From: Candidatus Firestoneibacteriota bacterium
Lineage (GTDB): Bacteria > Oederibacteriota > Muellerivitia > Muellerivitales > Muellerivitaceae
DNA length: 64,000 nucleotides
Direction: 5' to 3'
Assembly (NCBI GenBank): GCA_013286205.1
Contig: JABDGD010000004.1
Coordinates: forward strand, 4,293 to 68,292
The position numbers were made by a program, and so were the translations under genes. Below the pieces are notes generated by a model. The model was not told the origin of the DNA. It saw only the letters and a list, made by a program, of their open reading frames with translations, and made no database searches. Positions within the stretch are counted from its first letter, which is position 1, and each line of letters begins with the position of its first letter. Below, piece by piece: positions 50,699-60,831 of this stretch.

Positions 50699-53600
50699 CC
50701 GAGACTGTTTGGTCGGGGCGTAAGAAATAAAGATAGGCTTCCTTAACGGGCAGTTGGGTGAATTGCTCCAAAAGCCCGCCGTAATAGCCGATCTGTTTTT
50801 GGTAGGCCTCTAATCCTCTTTGGCTGTCTTTATCGGTTTTATAATCCACCACCACCCAGGCGCCGTCTTCTAAAAAGGCCAAATCAATCACCGCGTTGAG
50901 ATTTTTTCCCTCGGCGTTTTTTCCCGACAAGGACAATTCCCGGAATACCTGGGAAGAAGCCTTGGCTCTTTGAAGTAAGTTATTTTTCAGGCCGTTTACC
51001 GTTAGGTCCGCCGCTTCTTGAGCTTTTTCCGCCGGCAAGCCCATGCCGGGCGCCCATAAATTCGCCGCCTTCAGAATGGTTTTCTCGTTCCAGTCCCAAC
51101 CCTTTTCAAGCAATTGGTGGGTTAAAACCCCGAAGGCTTTGCCCAGCCGGTCACCGGAAGCCTGGGGCATTTCTCCCTCCAGGAAATAGCCCTCGCGTTG
51201 GGGTTTGTCATCCTCACTATGAGCCACGGAGGTGACGGATTGAAGTTTGGTTTTACCCCGGCGCCTTTCAACTAAGGTCTTTTTGGTTTCTACCAACTGG
51301 AGTAAATATTTTTTCTGATCTTCCACAGGCTGGCTGTTTTTTTCTTTTTCCAACAGGTCCACCGCCAGCGCGGAGGCCGCGGACCGGTCTTGAACCGCGG
51401 TGACCTTTTGGTGCTTCAACGCTTTGAGATCAAAAGAGCCTGTGATAGGTTTTAAAAATCCTCCGGCTTTTTCCTGAGTGAAGAGTGGAATCACCAGGCT
51501 TTCCTTCGCCCGGGTGCAGCCCACATAAAGAAGACGCAGAATTTCGGCTTTTTCCTGCAGTTCTTCATCTTCCTGGGTTTTCTCGAACCCAGCGGTGAAA
51601 AGCTTTAGCTCTTTATCCCCGGCTTTAAACTGGGCCGTACCCTTTTGGCGGTTCACGATAAAGTCAGACCGGCGGGGCTTTTCCGGCGCGGCGCCGGAGA
51701 GGATCACCACGGGAAACTCCAAACCCTTGGCTTTATGCAAAGTCATGAGAGTCACCTGCTGGCCCGTTTCTTCCGGTCCCGGAGCTTCGCCTTCCATGGC
51801 GTCTTCTTCGCGCTGCTTGGCCAGCCACTTCACGAAAGCCCGATAGGTGAAATTTTGGGATTCTTCCAGGTCTCGGCACTGATTAACAACCTTCATGAGA
51901 TTGGCCACCCGCTGTTCACCGTGAGGCTGACAGGAAGCAACCGCCAGCAGATTGGTATGTTCATATAAGTAGAGTAATGTCTCTGCGGGGCTTAAATGCC
52001 TGGTTTCCAAATACCATTGGCGCAAGTGGCGGAACGCCTCACCCACCTTCCCTTTGGCCCCTCTGAGAAATTGAAAAGCCCCCTTATCCTCACGGTAAAG
52101 AAAAAGCTGTTCGTCTGTAAAACCAAACAACGGACTGCGTAAAAGAGCCGCCAAACTGGCTTCATCCGCTGGAGATTCCAGACAGGTCAACAAAGTTTCC
52201 AGCGCCACAATTTCAGGCCGGTTGTAAAACTTTTTACCGCCCACAATTTGGAATTGAATATGGCGGCGGCGCAAAGCGTTCTCATAAACCGATTCGGTAT
52301 TCGACAGTTCCCGGAACAGAATGGCGATGTCGCCCTCCTGCAAAGGACGCATCACCGGTTTGTCTTTCGGCGACTTGGGGTCAGTAACGAGCGGTTTTTC
52401 TTGGAGCAGTTGTTCAATAAAATCGCCTACGGTTTCCGCCTCCAGCTCACGGAAAGCACCCATGCTTTGTTCTTCTTCAGGGAGTTCCGGCATTTCCAGA
52501 CCAATGAGCGGTGATAAACGTTCAGATCGTTTGTCTAATTGCCGATGAGCCTTTTGAGCGTTATAGGGGAAAGGTCCGCCCTCAAATAACTTTTCGAAAC
52601 CTTGGTTAACCCAATCCACAATGGGCGAAAGGGTGCGGAAGTTTTCAGTCAGTTTTTCCACCTGGCCCCCGCAGGCCTGCAGACGGGCTTTCGCCTCGCT
52701 GTAAATTTCAACATCCGCCCGGCGGAAGCGATAAATGCTCTGTTGGGGATCGCCGACGAGAAATAGTTTTCCCGGTTCCAGTTCTACGCTTTGCCAGGTC
52801 TTAGCTTTTTTATTCCGCAGTTCGGAAAGAAAGAAAACGATTTCAACCTGTAGGGGATCCGTATCCTGAAACTCATCCACAAACAGATGGTCGTAGCGTT
52901 TCTTGAGTTCTTCTCGAACTTCCAGCCGGTCTTTGACCAGGTCTCGGGTTTTGGATAAGAGATCGTCAAAATCTAAAAAACCCTGGCGGGTCTTCACCTG
53001 CGCGTATTCGATCAGATAATCCCAAAGCCATAACGCCGCCTTTTGAACCGCCGCGTTTTTCACCTCAGCGCCAAAGGATTCTTGTCTTTCCCGCAGGGTT
53101 TCAATATGCGCTCTCGCGTCCGCCAGGTTTTCTTTACCCCAGTTGCCCTGAGCGCCCACATTACCCACTTTGGGAATCGTGAGGCCCGCCAGGGCGTAAA
53201 CCCGCTTATCGCCGGACTGAAGGGCTTCATCCCAGCTCTTGGTAAAAGTCCTCAGTTTTTTCATTAGGCTGTCCTCAGGCGCGACCCCTTTGGCCTTTTC
53301 TTGAATGAGAACCCAGGTTCGTTTCAGGTCTTCTAAAGCGCTTTTCGGATCAGGCAAATCAGGAGCTTCTGAAGGTGTTAAAAGCGACCGATTGCTTAAT
53401 AAATGGTTTTTGAGTTTTTCCAGATGCTCAAAGGTGCCGCCCAAACGGAAGAAGGGCATGAGATTTTCCACGGGGCGGCTCAGCGACTTTTTCAGCCAGT
53501 TTTGCCAGGCCTCATCCTCCAGGGCATCGCTTTGCACCTGATCCAGCACAGTGAATTGCGGGTCCACACCCACTTCCACCGGATATTCCCGAAGCAAGGA

Positions 53601-53948
53601 TGAGCAAAAAGAATGAATGGTCGAAACCGATGCCTGTTCCAAATCTTTAATGGCCCGGCGCAGTAATCTTTCACGTTCTTTTTGATCAGCCGGAGACAAC
53701 TTTTTAAAGCTGTCGGAATCAAATTCTTTTTCTAATCTCAAACGCAGACGTTCGACCAGTTCCCCGGCGGCTTTATCCGTAAAGGTAATGGCCGCGATAC
53801 GGGCTAGCGGAGTTCCTTTTTCGAGCAGTAGCGCGGCCAGACGGTCGATGAGAAGTGTCGTTTTACCCGTACCGGCGCCTGCGTCTACCGCGAAGGAAGC
53901 ATCGAGTTCAGAAACAATTTTTTGACGGGCCGATTGGTCGGAGATCAT
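50679..53948 (-). CDS. addA: AddA-like helicase/nuclease (UvrD SF1 + RecB-type nuclease)
   Basis: DAGAGTGKT, ITFTDKAA, TIHSFC, VDEFQDTDPLQ, GDPQQSIYRFR, TLHKAKGLEFP, IDLAF..VVDYKTD..Q..YY. Confidence 0.9.
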   Translation of the reverse strand: MISDQSARQKIVSELDASFAVDAGAGTGKTTLLIDRLAALLLEKGTPLARIAAITFTDKAAGELVERLRLRLEKEFDSDSFKKLSPADQKERERLLRRAIKDLEQASVSTIHSFCSSLLREYPVEVGVDPQFTVLDQVQSDALEDEAWQNWLKKSLSRPVENLMPFFRLGGTFEHLEKLKNHLLSNRSLLTPSEAPDLPDPKSALEDLKRTWVLIQEKAKGVAPEDSLMKKLRTFTKSWDEALQSGDKRVYALAGLTIPKVGNVGAQGNWGKENLADARAHIETLRERQESFGAEVKNAAVQKAALWLWDYLIEYAQVKTRQGFLDFDDLLSKTRDLVKDRLEVREELKKRYDHLFVDEFQDTDPLQVEIVFFLSELRNKKAKTWQSVELEPGKLFLVGDPQQSIYRFRRADVEIYSEAKARLQACGGQVEKLTENFRTLSPIVDWVNQGFEKLFEGGPFPYNAQKAHRQLDKRSERLSPLIGLEMPELPEEEQSMGAFRELEAETVGDFIEQLLQEKPLVTDPKSPKDKPVMRPLQEGDIAILFRELSNTESVYENALRRRHIQFQIVGGKKFYNRPEIVALETLLTCLESPADEASLAALLRSPLFGFTDEQLFLYREDKGAFQFLRGAKGKVGEAFRHLRQWYLETRHLSPAETLLYLYEHTNLLAVASCQPHGEQRVANLMKVVNQCRDLEESQNFTYRAFVKWLAKQREEDAMEGEAPGPEETGQQVTLMTLHKAKGLEFPVVILSGAAPEKPRRSDFIVNRQKGTAQFKAGDKELKLFTAGFEKTQEDEELQEKAEILRLLYVGCTRAKESLVIPLFTQEKAGGFLKPITGSFDLKALKHQKVTAVQDRSAASALAVDLLEKEKNSQPVEDQKKYLLQLVETKKTLVERRRGKTKLQSVTSVAHSEDDKPQREGYFLEGEMPQASGDRLGKAFGVLTHQLLEKGWDWNEKTILKAANLWAPGMGLPAEKAQEAADLTVNGLKNNLLQRAKASSQVFRELSLSGKNAEGKNLNAVIDLAFLEDGAWVVVDYKTDKDSQRGLEAYQKQIGYYGGLLEQFTQLPVKEAYLYFLRPDQTVSVKLGSA

Positions 53949-56900
53949 GGCAGCTCCTCCAACCGGTAATAGGCCTTAACCTTTTGATCTTCTTTTTTAC
54001 GCTTGCCCCGGTCTTCCATGCCCGTGCCGCAAAGTTTGCGGTAGTCGCAATGCTCGCAGGCTGTTCCCACTGAGGGGAAAAGTCCCTGAGCCACGCCGTC
54101 CGCCACCGTGGTCAACACCTGGTTTAGAATCGGTTTCACCTCGCCCACCGCCTCAGGGTCGAAAGCCACTTTTTTATAATCCCCCCGGCGGGTCATAAAG
54201 TCATAGAGAGCCTGCTTGGAAATTTTTTCGGGATAAAGATGACGCAGCGCCCAAAGATAAAAGGGCAATTGTAGTTTAGTGCCCGCCTTCACGCTGTTCT
54301 TCGGGGATTGAGAGGAAGTGCCCGTTTTATAATCCACCACCCGAAGGGCTTTTTCATTCGCGGAAATGTCCACCCGGTCCATCCGGCCCTGCAGTTTCAG
54401 TTTTTGGCCGTTGCCCAGTTCAAAGACCACCTCGTTGCCCTTCTCACCGAAAGCCACCTCAAAAGCGAAAGGCGTCCAATCTGGATCCACCAGCACGTCT
54501 TTGATGACCCCTTGAAGGTCGGAAGTCATTTCCTCTTTTTCCCAATGCCACAATCCCGGCGCGCCGGGTACCCCATTCTTTTCAAACTGGCGGAAAGCTT
54601 TTTGGGTTTCTTCTTCCAAAACTTGTAATCCTTGAGCGACGTCTCTTTGGGCAGCCCATTCTTCTTTGACCCCTCGACTCAGGGTATTTTCCAAAATATC
54701 GTGAATCAAATTGCCTCGGTCCGAGGCTTGAAGCTGAAGAATTTTTTCAGGGTCCGGATAAACCGTCAGGTGCAGAACATAGCGGTAAAAGTAGCGTAGA
54801 GGGCAGGCCGCGAAAGTTTCCAGCCGCGAGGCGGAGATAGAACTGCCATCCAACCCGTGGTTCTCAGCTAACGCCGTCAAAGCCGCGGCGTTGGTCACCA
54901 TGCCATCATGAGCCGTAAAGAAAGGAAGGGCCTGCCGGTTTTTCAAAAGCTCTTTACCCTCAAAATAAAAGGGTATATCCCGGGTGACGGCTAAAGCGGA
55001 CGAATGATTACCCTGACGGGCTTGGCTAACCGACGTGAGCAGCGTTTCCACTGGATTACCGCAAGACGCTAAATCCGGTTTAACCCAGTCATTGACCGTC
55101 ACCACCTTCACCAGGTTCTCGGCGTCGCCTAAGCGGCTGACCCGGCGGTTTAAAACCGCTTCAGCGGACTCGAACAGGTAAATGGACGGCGTGCGGGGCG
55201 AACCGGTGGAAGGATTCAAGTGCGGTGCTGTGAGAATGAGGGACTTTTGGGCGCTGCGCACCGCGAGAAGAAACAACATCCGCTCTTCCAGCGCGCTCGC
55301 CTGCTTGAGCGCGATTTGTTCCTCTACCCGGTCGGTGATGAGAAGTCTTTCCTCGTCGAGCAAAAGAGGGTCCTGGCGCACTAAACGGGGAACAAATTTT
55401 TCAACCAGCCCCGGTAATACCGCCACTTCAAAAGACACCCCCCGGGCCTGCATGAGGTCCACTACCTGGGCTCCGCCTTTTTCCAGCTGGCGGGCAGCGC
55501 TTTGCTTTTGCTCCAGCATGGCGCTGAGCAATTCTTTAAGATCATCCGCGGTCAGATTTAATTTAAAAGACGCGCTCAAGAGCGACAAAGACTCCAAGAC
55601 CGCCGCCACTTCTTTGCGTTGGTCGGAGACTTGAAGAAATTTTTCTAAAAAGATTTTGAGCAGCGAGACCTGCCCGCCCCAGCCTTTTTCTTTGAGGAAC
55701 TGAGCGCGGGCGTTAAAAAGACGGCCCAGCGCTTTTTCAAAAGCCATGGAAGCCTGCAGGGCTTCCGACGCGGGCGAATCTTCATCCTCTTCAGCATTGT
55801 GTCTTTGTTTTTGCTCGCGCCAGGCCAGAAGCCGGGCGATCCATTCTTGCTCCCCCTCGACGACCCTGGCCTCACGGCTGATCACATCCCAGGAAGAGGG
55901 ATTCCAGTCCTCCGCGCCCAGGTCAAACCCTTCGGGGTTCAAGCAGGGACAAGAAAGTAAATTGATGGTGGTATCCCGCGAAAAATCGCCTGTAAAACCG
56001 TCGAGCAGTAAGAGCAGGGCTTTCGCCTCAGTAGATTCGAGCAAAGGAGCCGGCAGACTTTTAGACAGCGGAACACCCTCGGTTTGAAAAGCGTGAGGCA
56101 TGAGTTTGCGATAAGTAGCCGTCTCTCTTAAAACGACCGCGCAGTCCGAGAGAAAAACATTCTGCCGGTCCGCTTCCTGCAGCAGCACCCGGGCGATCTC
56201 CTGCGCTTCTCGCGGCTCTCCCGGGCAAAGAATAATTTGGCAGTCCGTAGAGGCCTCTACCGTTAATACATCGGACGAAGCGGAGTCTTGAAAGAGTTTC
56301 TCTTGCAAACGTTGGCGCGGGCTTTGCCCCAACGAGACCCAACGGCTTTCTTTTTGAACTTTGCCCAAACTTTTGGCCCATTGAACAAAAGGTTTGGCAT
56401 ATTCAAAAACTGGGCTCTCTTCATAGGGAATAAACCAATGGCTCTCGCCCGCCGCGCTGAGGTGGCCCAACACTTTCTTTTGCACCGCTGAGGCGTCATA
56501 AAATCCATAAACCCAAACCACTCCCTGACTCACCGGGCTCTCAAGAACTTTAAAGTAAGTATCTTCCCGGTCCAGCCAGCGGCCTTTCTTTTTCCAATCC
56601 TCGTAAGCCTTGAATAACCCGGCGAATTCTTTGAGTTTGGAACCCAGCCTGGTTTGTTTGGCTTTGGTCAGCCGGGCGGCGTGAGCTGTTAAACTTTCGG
56701 CGGTATAGAGGCCTTCTTTTAATTCACTGAGAGTGGCCCGCAGGGCGTGATAAAAGCCCGGCGTCTGACTGACCGAACCGAAGGAACGGCTTTTGGCGAG
56801 CAGAGACTTCGTCGCTTCTTTAAGAACAAGGGGAACGAGCACATCGGGCAGATTTTGAAAATCTTCCGTGACCGCTTTTTCTTCCGCGATGGCTTCCATG

Positions 56901-57106
56901 TAATGGCGGAGCGTGTGCACTTCGAGATTAAAAAGATTCTGCCCCTTTTCGGTGAGAACCTTTCGTAAGTGGCCCACCAGCAGAAAATTGGGAACGAGAA
57001 CCGTGACCTTCTCAAATGGGTTCTTTTGGCGGAAAGCCTGGAAGCTTTGGAGCAGTTGTTCTTCCAAAAAAGGCTGATAGGGACCCAAATAAAGGGAAAA
57101 ACTCAC
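53945..57106 (-). CDS. addB: AddB-like inactive helicase + PD-(D/E)XK nuclease with Fe-S cysteines
   Basis: SASRLETFAACPLRYF, GRMDRVD, VVDYKTG, LQLPFY, CEHCDYRKLC; coupled to addA. Confidence 0.88.
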   Translation of the reverse strand: MSFSLYLGPYQPFLEEQLLQSFQAFRQKNPFEKVTVLVPNFLLVGHLRKVLTEKGQNLFNLEVHTLRHYMEAIAEEKAVTEDFQNLPDVLVPLVLKEATKSLLAKSRSFGSVSQTPGFYHALRATLSELKEGLYTAESLTAHAARLTKAKQTRLGSKLKEFAGLFKAYEDWKKKGRWLDREDTYFKVLESPVSQGVVWVYGFYDASAVQKKVLGHLSAAGESHWFIPYEESPVFEYAKPFVQWAKSLGKVQKESRWVSLGQSPRQRLQEKLFQDSASSDVLTVEASTDCQIILCPGEPREAQEIARVLLQEADRQNVFLSDCAVVLRETATYRKLMPHAFQTEGVPLSKSLPAPLLESTEAKALLLLLDGFTGDFSRDTTINLLSCPCLNPEGFDLGAEDWNPSSWDVISREARVVEGEQEWIARLLAWREQKQRHNAEEDEDSPASEALQASMAFEKALGRLFNARAQFLKEKGWGGQVSLLKIFLEKFLQVSDQRKEVAAVLESLSLLSASFKLNLTADDLKELLSAMLEQKQSAARQLEKGGAQVVDLMQARGVSFEVAVLPGLVEKFVPRLVRQDPLLLDEERLLITDRVEEQIALKQASALEERMLFLLAVRSAQKSLILTAPHLNPSTGSPRTPSIYLFESAEAVLNRRVSRLGDAENLVKVVTVNDWVKPDLASCGNPVETLLTSVSQARQGNHSSALAVTRDIPFYFEGKELLKNRQALPFFTAHDGMVTNAAALTALAENHGLDGSSISASRLETFAACPLRYFYRYVLHLTVYPDPEKILQLQASDRGNLIHDILENTLSRGVKEEWAAQRDVAQGLQVLEEETQKAFRQFEKNGVPGAPGLWHWEKEEMTSDLQGVIKDVLVDPDWTPFAFEVAFGEKGNEVVFELGNGQKLKLQGRMDRVDISANEKALRVVDYKTGTSSQSPKNSVKAGTKLQLPFYLWALRHLYPEKISKQALYDFMTRRGDYKKVAFDPEAVGEVKPILNQVLTTVADGVAQGLFPSVGTACEHCDYRKLCGTGMEDRGKRKKEDQKVKAYYRLEELP

Positions 57107-57212
57107 GAAATATTCCTTCTCAGAAGAACGGGGGTTTCATTCACGATGGGTCATTATTATAATCAGTTTCTCGCTGGTGAAGAAACTTTCACCGGTCATT
57201 AAAGGACTCGAA

Positions 57213-58058
57213 ATGCCTCGTGAAATTCAAATCGCTAACGCCGCCGGATTTTGCTTCGGCGTAAAAAAAGCCATCCAAAAAGCCGAAACGCTGGAGAAGG
57301 CCTTTATCTTCGGTTCTCTTATTCATAACCCGCAGGAAGTCGCCCGTTTAGCTTCTCTTAATAAGAAGATCGTTCATAAGCTGGAAGACGTGGAAGACAA
57401 CCGGGTGGTCATTACGGCCCACGGTTTAGATATCAATGTCATCGGCCAGATGAAGCAAAAGGGGTTGGAGATTGTGGATACCACCTGTCCACTGGTGACC
57501 AAGATTTATAACGAGGGCCTCAAGCTGGAATCACAGGGCTTACAGATTGTCATTGTCGGCGACCCCAAACACGTAGAAGTCAAAGGTATCGCCAGCCGCA
57601 TGAAGAATCCCATCATTATTTATCACGAAGAAGACCTCGTGAACGTGCCTGAAGGCGCTAAGGTCGGCGTGGTCTGCCAAAGTACCCTTTTAATGGAAAA
57701 GTTCGACAAGTTCGTGAATCTACTCAAAGCCCGCTGTGCTGAAGTTATCCCGGTCAATACCATCTGCAAACCCACTAAAGACCGCCAGACTTCCGCCGCC
57801 GCCCTCTCTAAACAAATGGAAATCATGATTGTTATTGGGGGCCGCAACTCCAGCAATACCCATAAGCTCGCGGATACCTGCAAAATGAACCTGCCGAATG
57901 ATACTTACCACATTGAAACAGCCCAGGAAATGGAATCCAAATGGTTCGAGGGCAAAACCAAGGTGGGCATCACCGCCGGCGCTTCTACCCCGGATTATTT
58001 AATTGAAGAAGTGATCGCTAAGATCCGTACCTACGATGAGCTGGTGCCTGTTTCTTAA
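57213..58058 (+). CDS. ispH: 4-hydroxy-3-methylbut-2-enyl diphosphate reductase
   Basis: GFCFGV, IHNPQ, TAHG, DTTCPLV, H.EVKG, NTIC, SSNT, GITAGASTP. Confidence 0.96.
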   Translation: MPREIQIANAAGFCFGVKKAIQKAETLEKAFIFGSLIHNPQEVARLASLNKKIVHKLEDVEDNRVVITAHGLDINVIGQMKQKGLEIVDTTCPLVTKIYNEGLKLESQGLQIVIVGDPKHVEVKGIASRMKNPIIIYHEEDLVNVPEGAKVGVVCQSTLLMEKFDKFVNLLKARCAEVIPVNTICKPTKDRQTSAAALSKQMEIMIVIGGRNSSNTHKLADTCKMNLPNDTYHIETAQEMESKWFEGKTKVGITAGASTPDYLIEEVIAKIRTYDELVPVS

Positions 58059-58109
58059 CACCGGCCTTGAGGGCTGATCCCCGCTTAACTAAAATTTTCA
58101 CCCTAAAAT

Positions 58110-58144
58110 AAAAAAGCCCGCGTCCCCAAAGGGAGCGGGCTTTT
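58110..58144. terminator. Bidirectional intrinsic terminator
   Basis: aaaaaagcccgc-gtccccaaaggga-gcgggctttt between convergent genes. Confidence 0.7.
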
Positions 58145-58157
58145 ACACATCAGTCGA

Positions 58158-58550
58158 TCAGAAGTAATCGATCGGCAATTTGGCGCGCGGTTTCGCGTGC
58201 TTTTGATACTTACCGGTTTCGCTGGCAAGGCCACGGGCGTTTTTCACTTCGGCGTCCGAAACCGTCTTATGCACTTCAAAATCTTGCTGGGGATAGATTA
58301 AATCTGGATCTTGAATCTTGTCGCGGTTGGACTTGAAGAGCAAAGGCCATTGGAAAGAATCGCCATAAACGCTGGAGCGGCCGGCAATATCCCAAAGAGT
58401 GTCATGCGGCTTCACCGTATAGTGAATAACCTTGTCTTGAACCGGAGCTTCCGTGGGTTCTGTTTTCGTTTCAACCTTTTTGGCACCGCAGCTGACTAAC
58501 AAAGCGGAACCCAAAAATAAGGCGGAAATAAAGAGAAGTGACTTTTTCAT
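58158..58550 (-). CDS. LysM-domain lipoprotein
   Basis: Lipobox LVSC; YTVKPHDTLWDIA..VYGD..W..LF..NRDKIQDPDLIYP. Confidence 0.9.
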   Translation of the reverse strand: MKKSLLFISALFLGSALLVSCGAKKVETKTEPTEAPVQDKVIHYTVKPHDTLWDIAGRSSVYGDSFQWPLLFKSNRDKIQDPDLIYPQQDFEVHKTVSDAEVKNARGLASETGKYQKHAKPRAKLPIDYF

Positions 58551-58824
58551 AGCGTAGCTCCTTAAAAGATGGCTTTAGTTTTATCCCGATTGATGACAAA
58601 ACGCAATGCTTCTCGGCACTTATCTTAACCATAGTATTTTTGATACCACACGAAAAGGAGCCTCAAAATAGGGGTTTCATCGCCAAGTAAAACGTCTTTC
58701 CCACTCTTCTATAAATTTAACTTTAGCCCCCAAATTCACAGTGATAATCTAGAAGTACGAAGAATTACTAACAACCCACTTTTGTCCGCTTGAAATACGG
58801 CTCGAATCCTTACCGAGGAGACCT

Positions 58825-60831
58825 ATGGAGCATTTTCAAGCCCCACCTATACCTGACTCTCAAAAAAAGTTCATGTCGCAATTAGCGCACGATTTTCGCG
58901 CGGCGATCAGCTATGTGTCCTTCTATCCCGTAAACAGTTCCTTTGTGACCCAATCCGTTCAAAAACTGCATAAAGATTTTCAAAAAATACTCCACTACGT
59001 ACAGCCTTTGTACATTCACCTGGAGGATGAAAAAATCTTCATCAATGATTTCGCCCTGTCGCCTTTGGATGATGTGCTGCGCCTTTTTCAAAACCGCGAC
59101 ATTCACGGCGTGGAAATTATGAAGGATATTTCTCTTCAGGAACTCACCGCGTGGCTGCAGGTCATTACTTTCCCCTTTGATGAAAACATTCAAAGTTTTG
59201 AGCAAAATAAAAAAACTAATATTAGACCTTTCAATAAAAAAACTGCCGAACCAATGGCTGAGGTTGAAGAGCTTTTAGATATTTCAGAAGACTCTTTGCG
59301 GGGTTCGTCCACGCTGGATAGCACGCGGACGATTGAACCCGCGGACGCTTCAGGACAAAATCATCAGGCTTTACTGGGCTTTGTGGCGGAGGCCTGGCAG
59401 TTTTCTCAAATTCAACGGCGAACCCTGGGCGCCACCACCGAAATGTCCCATCTCTTAGAGACTTTCGATCAGCTTTTTAACCGTTTACTGGATCGCATGG
59501 AAAAGTCATCGCCTGACTTTAAGAATATTTGCGCCTGGTTTAAAAACCCAACCGGCGACTTCTTGGCTGAAGGCGCGGCCACTTCCATGTATCCCTTATT
59601 AGAGATCGCGGTTAGAAACGGCTGGCCTTCCGTGTTGTTTGACCCCGCTACTGAGGGTTTGGTGAATGACTGCCTCACCCATTGGGGCAATAACAATCAA
59701 CAGGACCTCATTGAGAAGACGGTCTTCTCACTCGCCGACGGCCTTCGCGGCAATCCCATGGAACGCCAATTGGCGCTGACCCACTTAATGGACGCCCGCC
59801 CCTGGGTGAAAAACGCCAAATTGGTTGAAAAAGTTTTAGACCAACTCAATGCTTTGATTGCGGCGGAAGTTTATCCCGGCACTTACCAAAGCGCTTTGCT
59901 TCTATCCTGGGACTTGGTAGAAGCGGCTTTGGACTTAAACATTGAACAGCCTGTGCTGACGCTTTTAGCGACATTGCATTTTCAAGCTGATGACGAGGTC
60001 ACAAATTTTCCAGAGTGCTCTTCCATTGCCCGCCACTGGCTTTATGAGCGTTCCACGCCCGAATTGATCCGCCGGTTGGTCAACTGCGCTTATAAAGCGG
60101 GAAAGCTGCATCACTTCCCCCTGTTAGGCGAAATGGCGGGACCTATTTTGCTCGAAGACTTTTTTGAGGCTTCTGCCGAACAAAAAGCAGACTCTCTCAA
60201 TTTACTTTTTGAAATGAGAGAGTCGGTCTGCTCCGCCCTGGTGGAATGGCTGGCCGCCGCCGAAGAGGAAAAAGTTCCTTCTATTTTCCCTATACTGCGC
60301 CGCTGCGGCCTGGACGCGCCTTTAGCGCTTCAGCTTTCTTCCTGGATCGCCAAGGGAAGCCCATCGCTCAAAACCGATTTGATTGGGATCATTTCTGAGT
60401 TGAATGAACCCATTGGAGCACTGGCTCTCCGGTCCGCGTTATTAGACCAATCGGAAGAAATCGCGGTGCAGGCTGTGCTGGTCATCGGCAAAATTCATTT
60501 CACACCGGCCGCATCCATGCTGCTGAGAACGATCAAGTTAAGAGAAAATTACCCCCATACGACCGAGGCCTTTGTGGCCGCGGTCTGCCAAACCCTGGGG
60601 CAGTTGGGTCGTCCCGAGTCAATTATTTTTTTAGAGGACATCGCCAAGAAAAAATCTCTTCTGAGAGGCAAAAACTTCTCCGATGAGACTCGAATGAAAG
60701 CCATCGAAAGTCTAGCGATGATTGATCAGCCCGAATCCTGGCGGTTCCTTCATGATTTGCAAAAAGAGGATAATCCGGCTTTGAAAGAAATTTTAAACAG
60801 GCTGATGAGCTCTCAAACCCGGGTGGGTTAA
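58825..60831 (+). CDS. HEAT-repeat-containing hypothetical protein
   Basis: N-terminal VSFYP.N.., helical repeats, C-terminal A.....G.I, LGQLG...SI.FL, R..AIESL patterns. Confidence 0.65.
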   Translation: MEHFQAPPIPDSQKKFMSQLAHDFRAAISYVSFYPVNSSFVTQSVQKLHKDFQKILHYVQPLYIHLEDEKIFINDFALSPLDDVLRLFQNRDIHGVEIMKDISLQELTAWLQVITFPFDENIQSFEQNKKTNIRPFNKKTAEPMAEVEELLDISEDSLRGSSTLDSTRTIEPADASGQNHQALLGFVAEAWQFSQIQRRTLGATTEMSHLLETFDQLFNRLLDRMEKSSPDFKNICAWFKNPTGDFLAEGAATSMYPLLEIAVRNGWPSVLFDPATEGLVNDCLTHWGNNNQQDLIEKTVFSLADGLRGNPMERQLALTHLMDARPWVKNAKLVEKVLDQLNALIAAEVYPGTYQSALLLSWDLVEAALDLNIEQPVLTLLATLHFQADDEVTNFPECSSIARHWLYERSTPELIRRLVNCAYKAGKLHHFPLLGEMAGPILLEDFFEASAEQKADSLNLLFEMRESVCSALVEWLAAAEEEKVPSIFPILRRCGLDAPLALQLSSWIAKGSPSLKTDLIGIISELNEPIGALALRSALLDQSEEIAVQAVLVIGKIHFTPAASMLLRTIKLRENYPHTTEAFVAAVCQTLGQLGRPESIIFLEDIAKKKSLLRGKNFSDETRMKAIESLAMIDQPESWRFLHDLQKEDNPALKEILNRLMSSQTRVG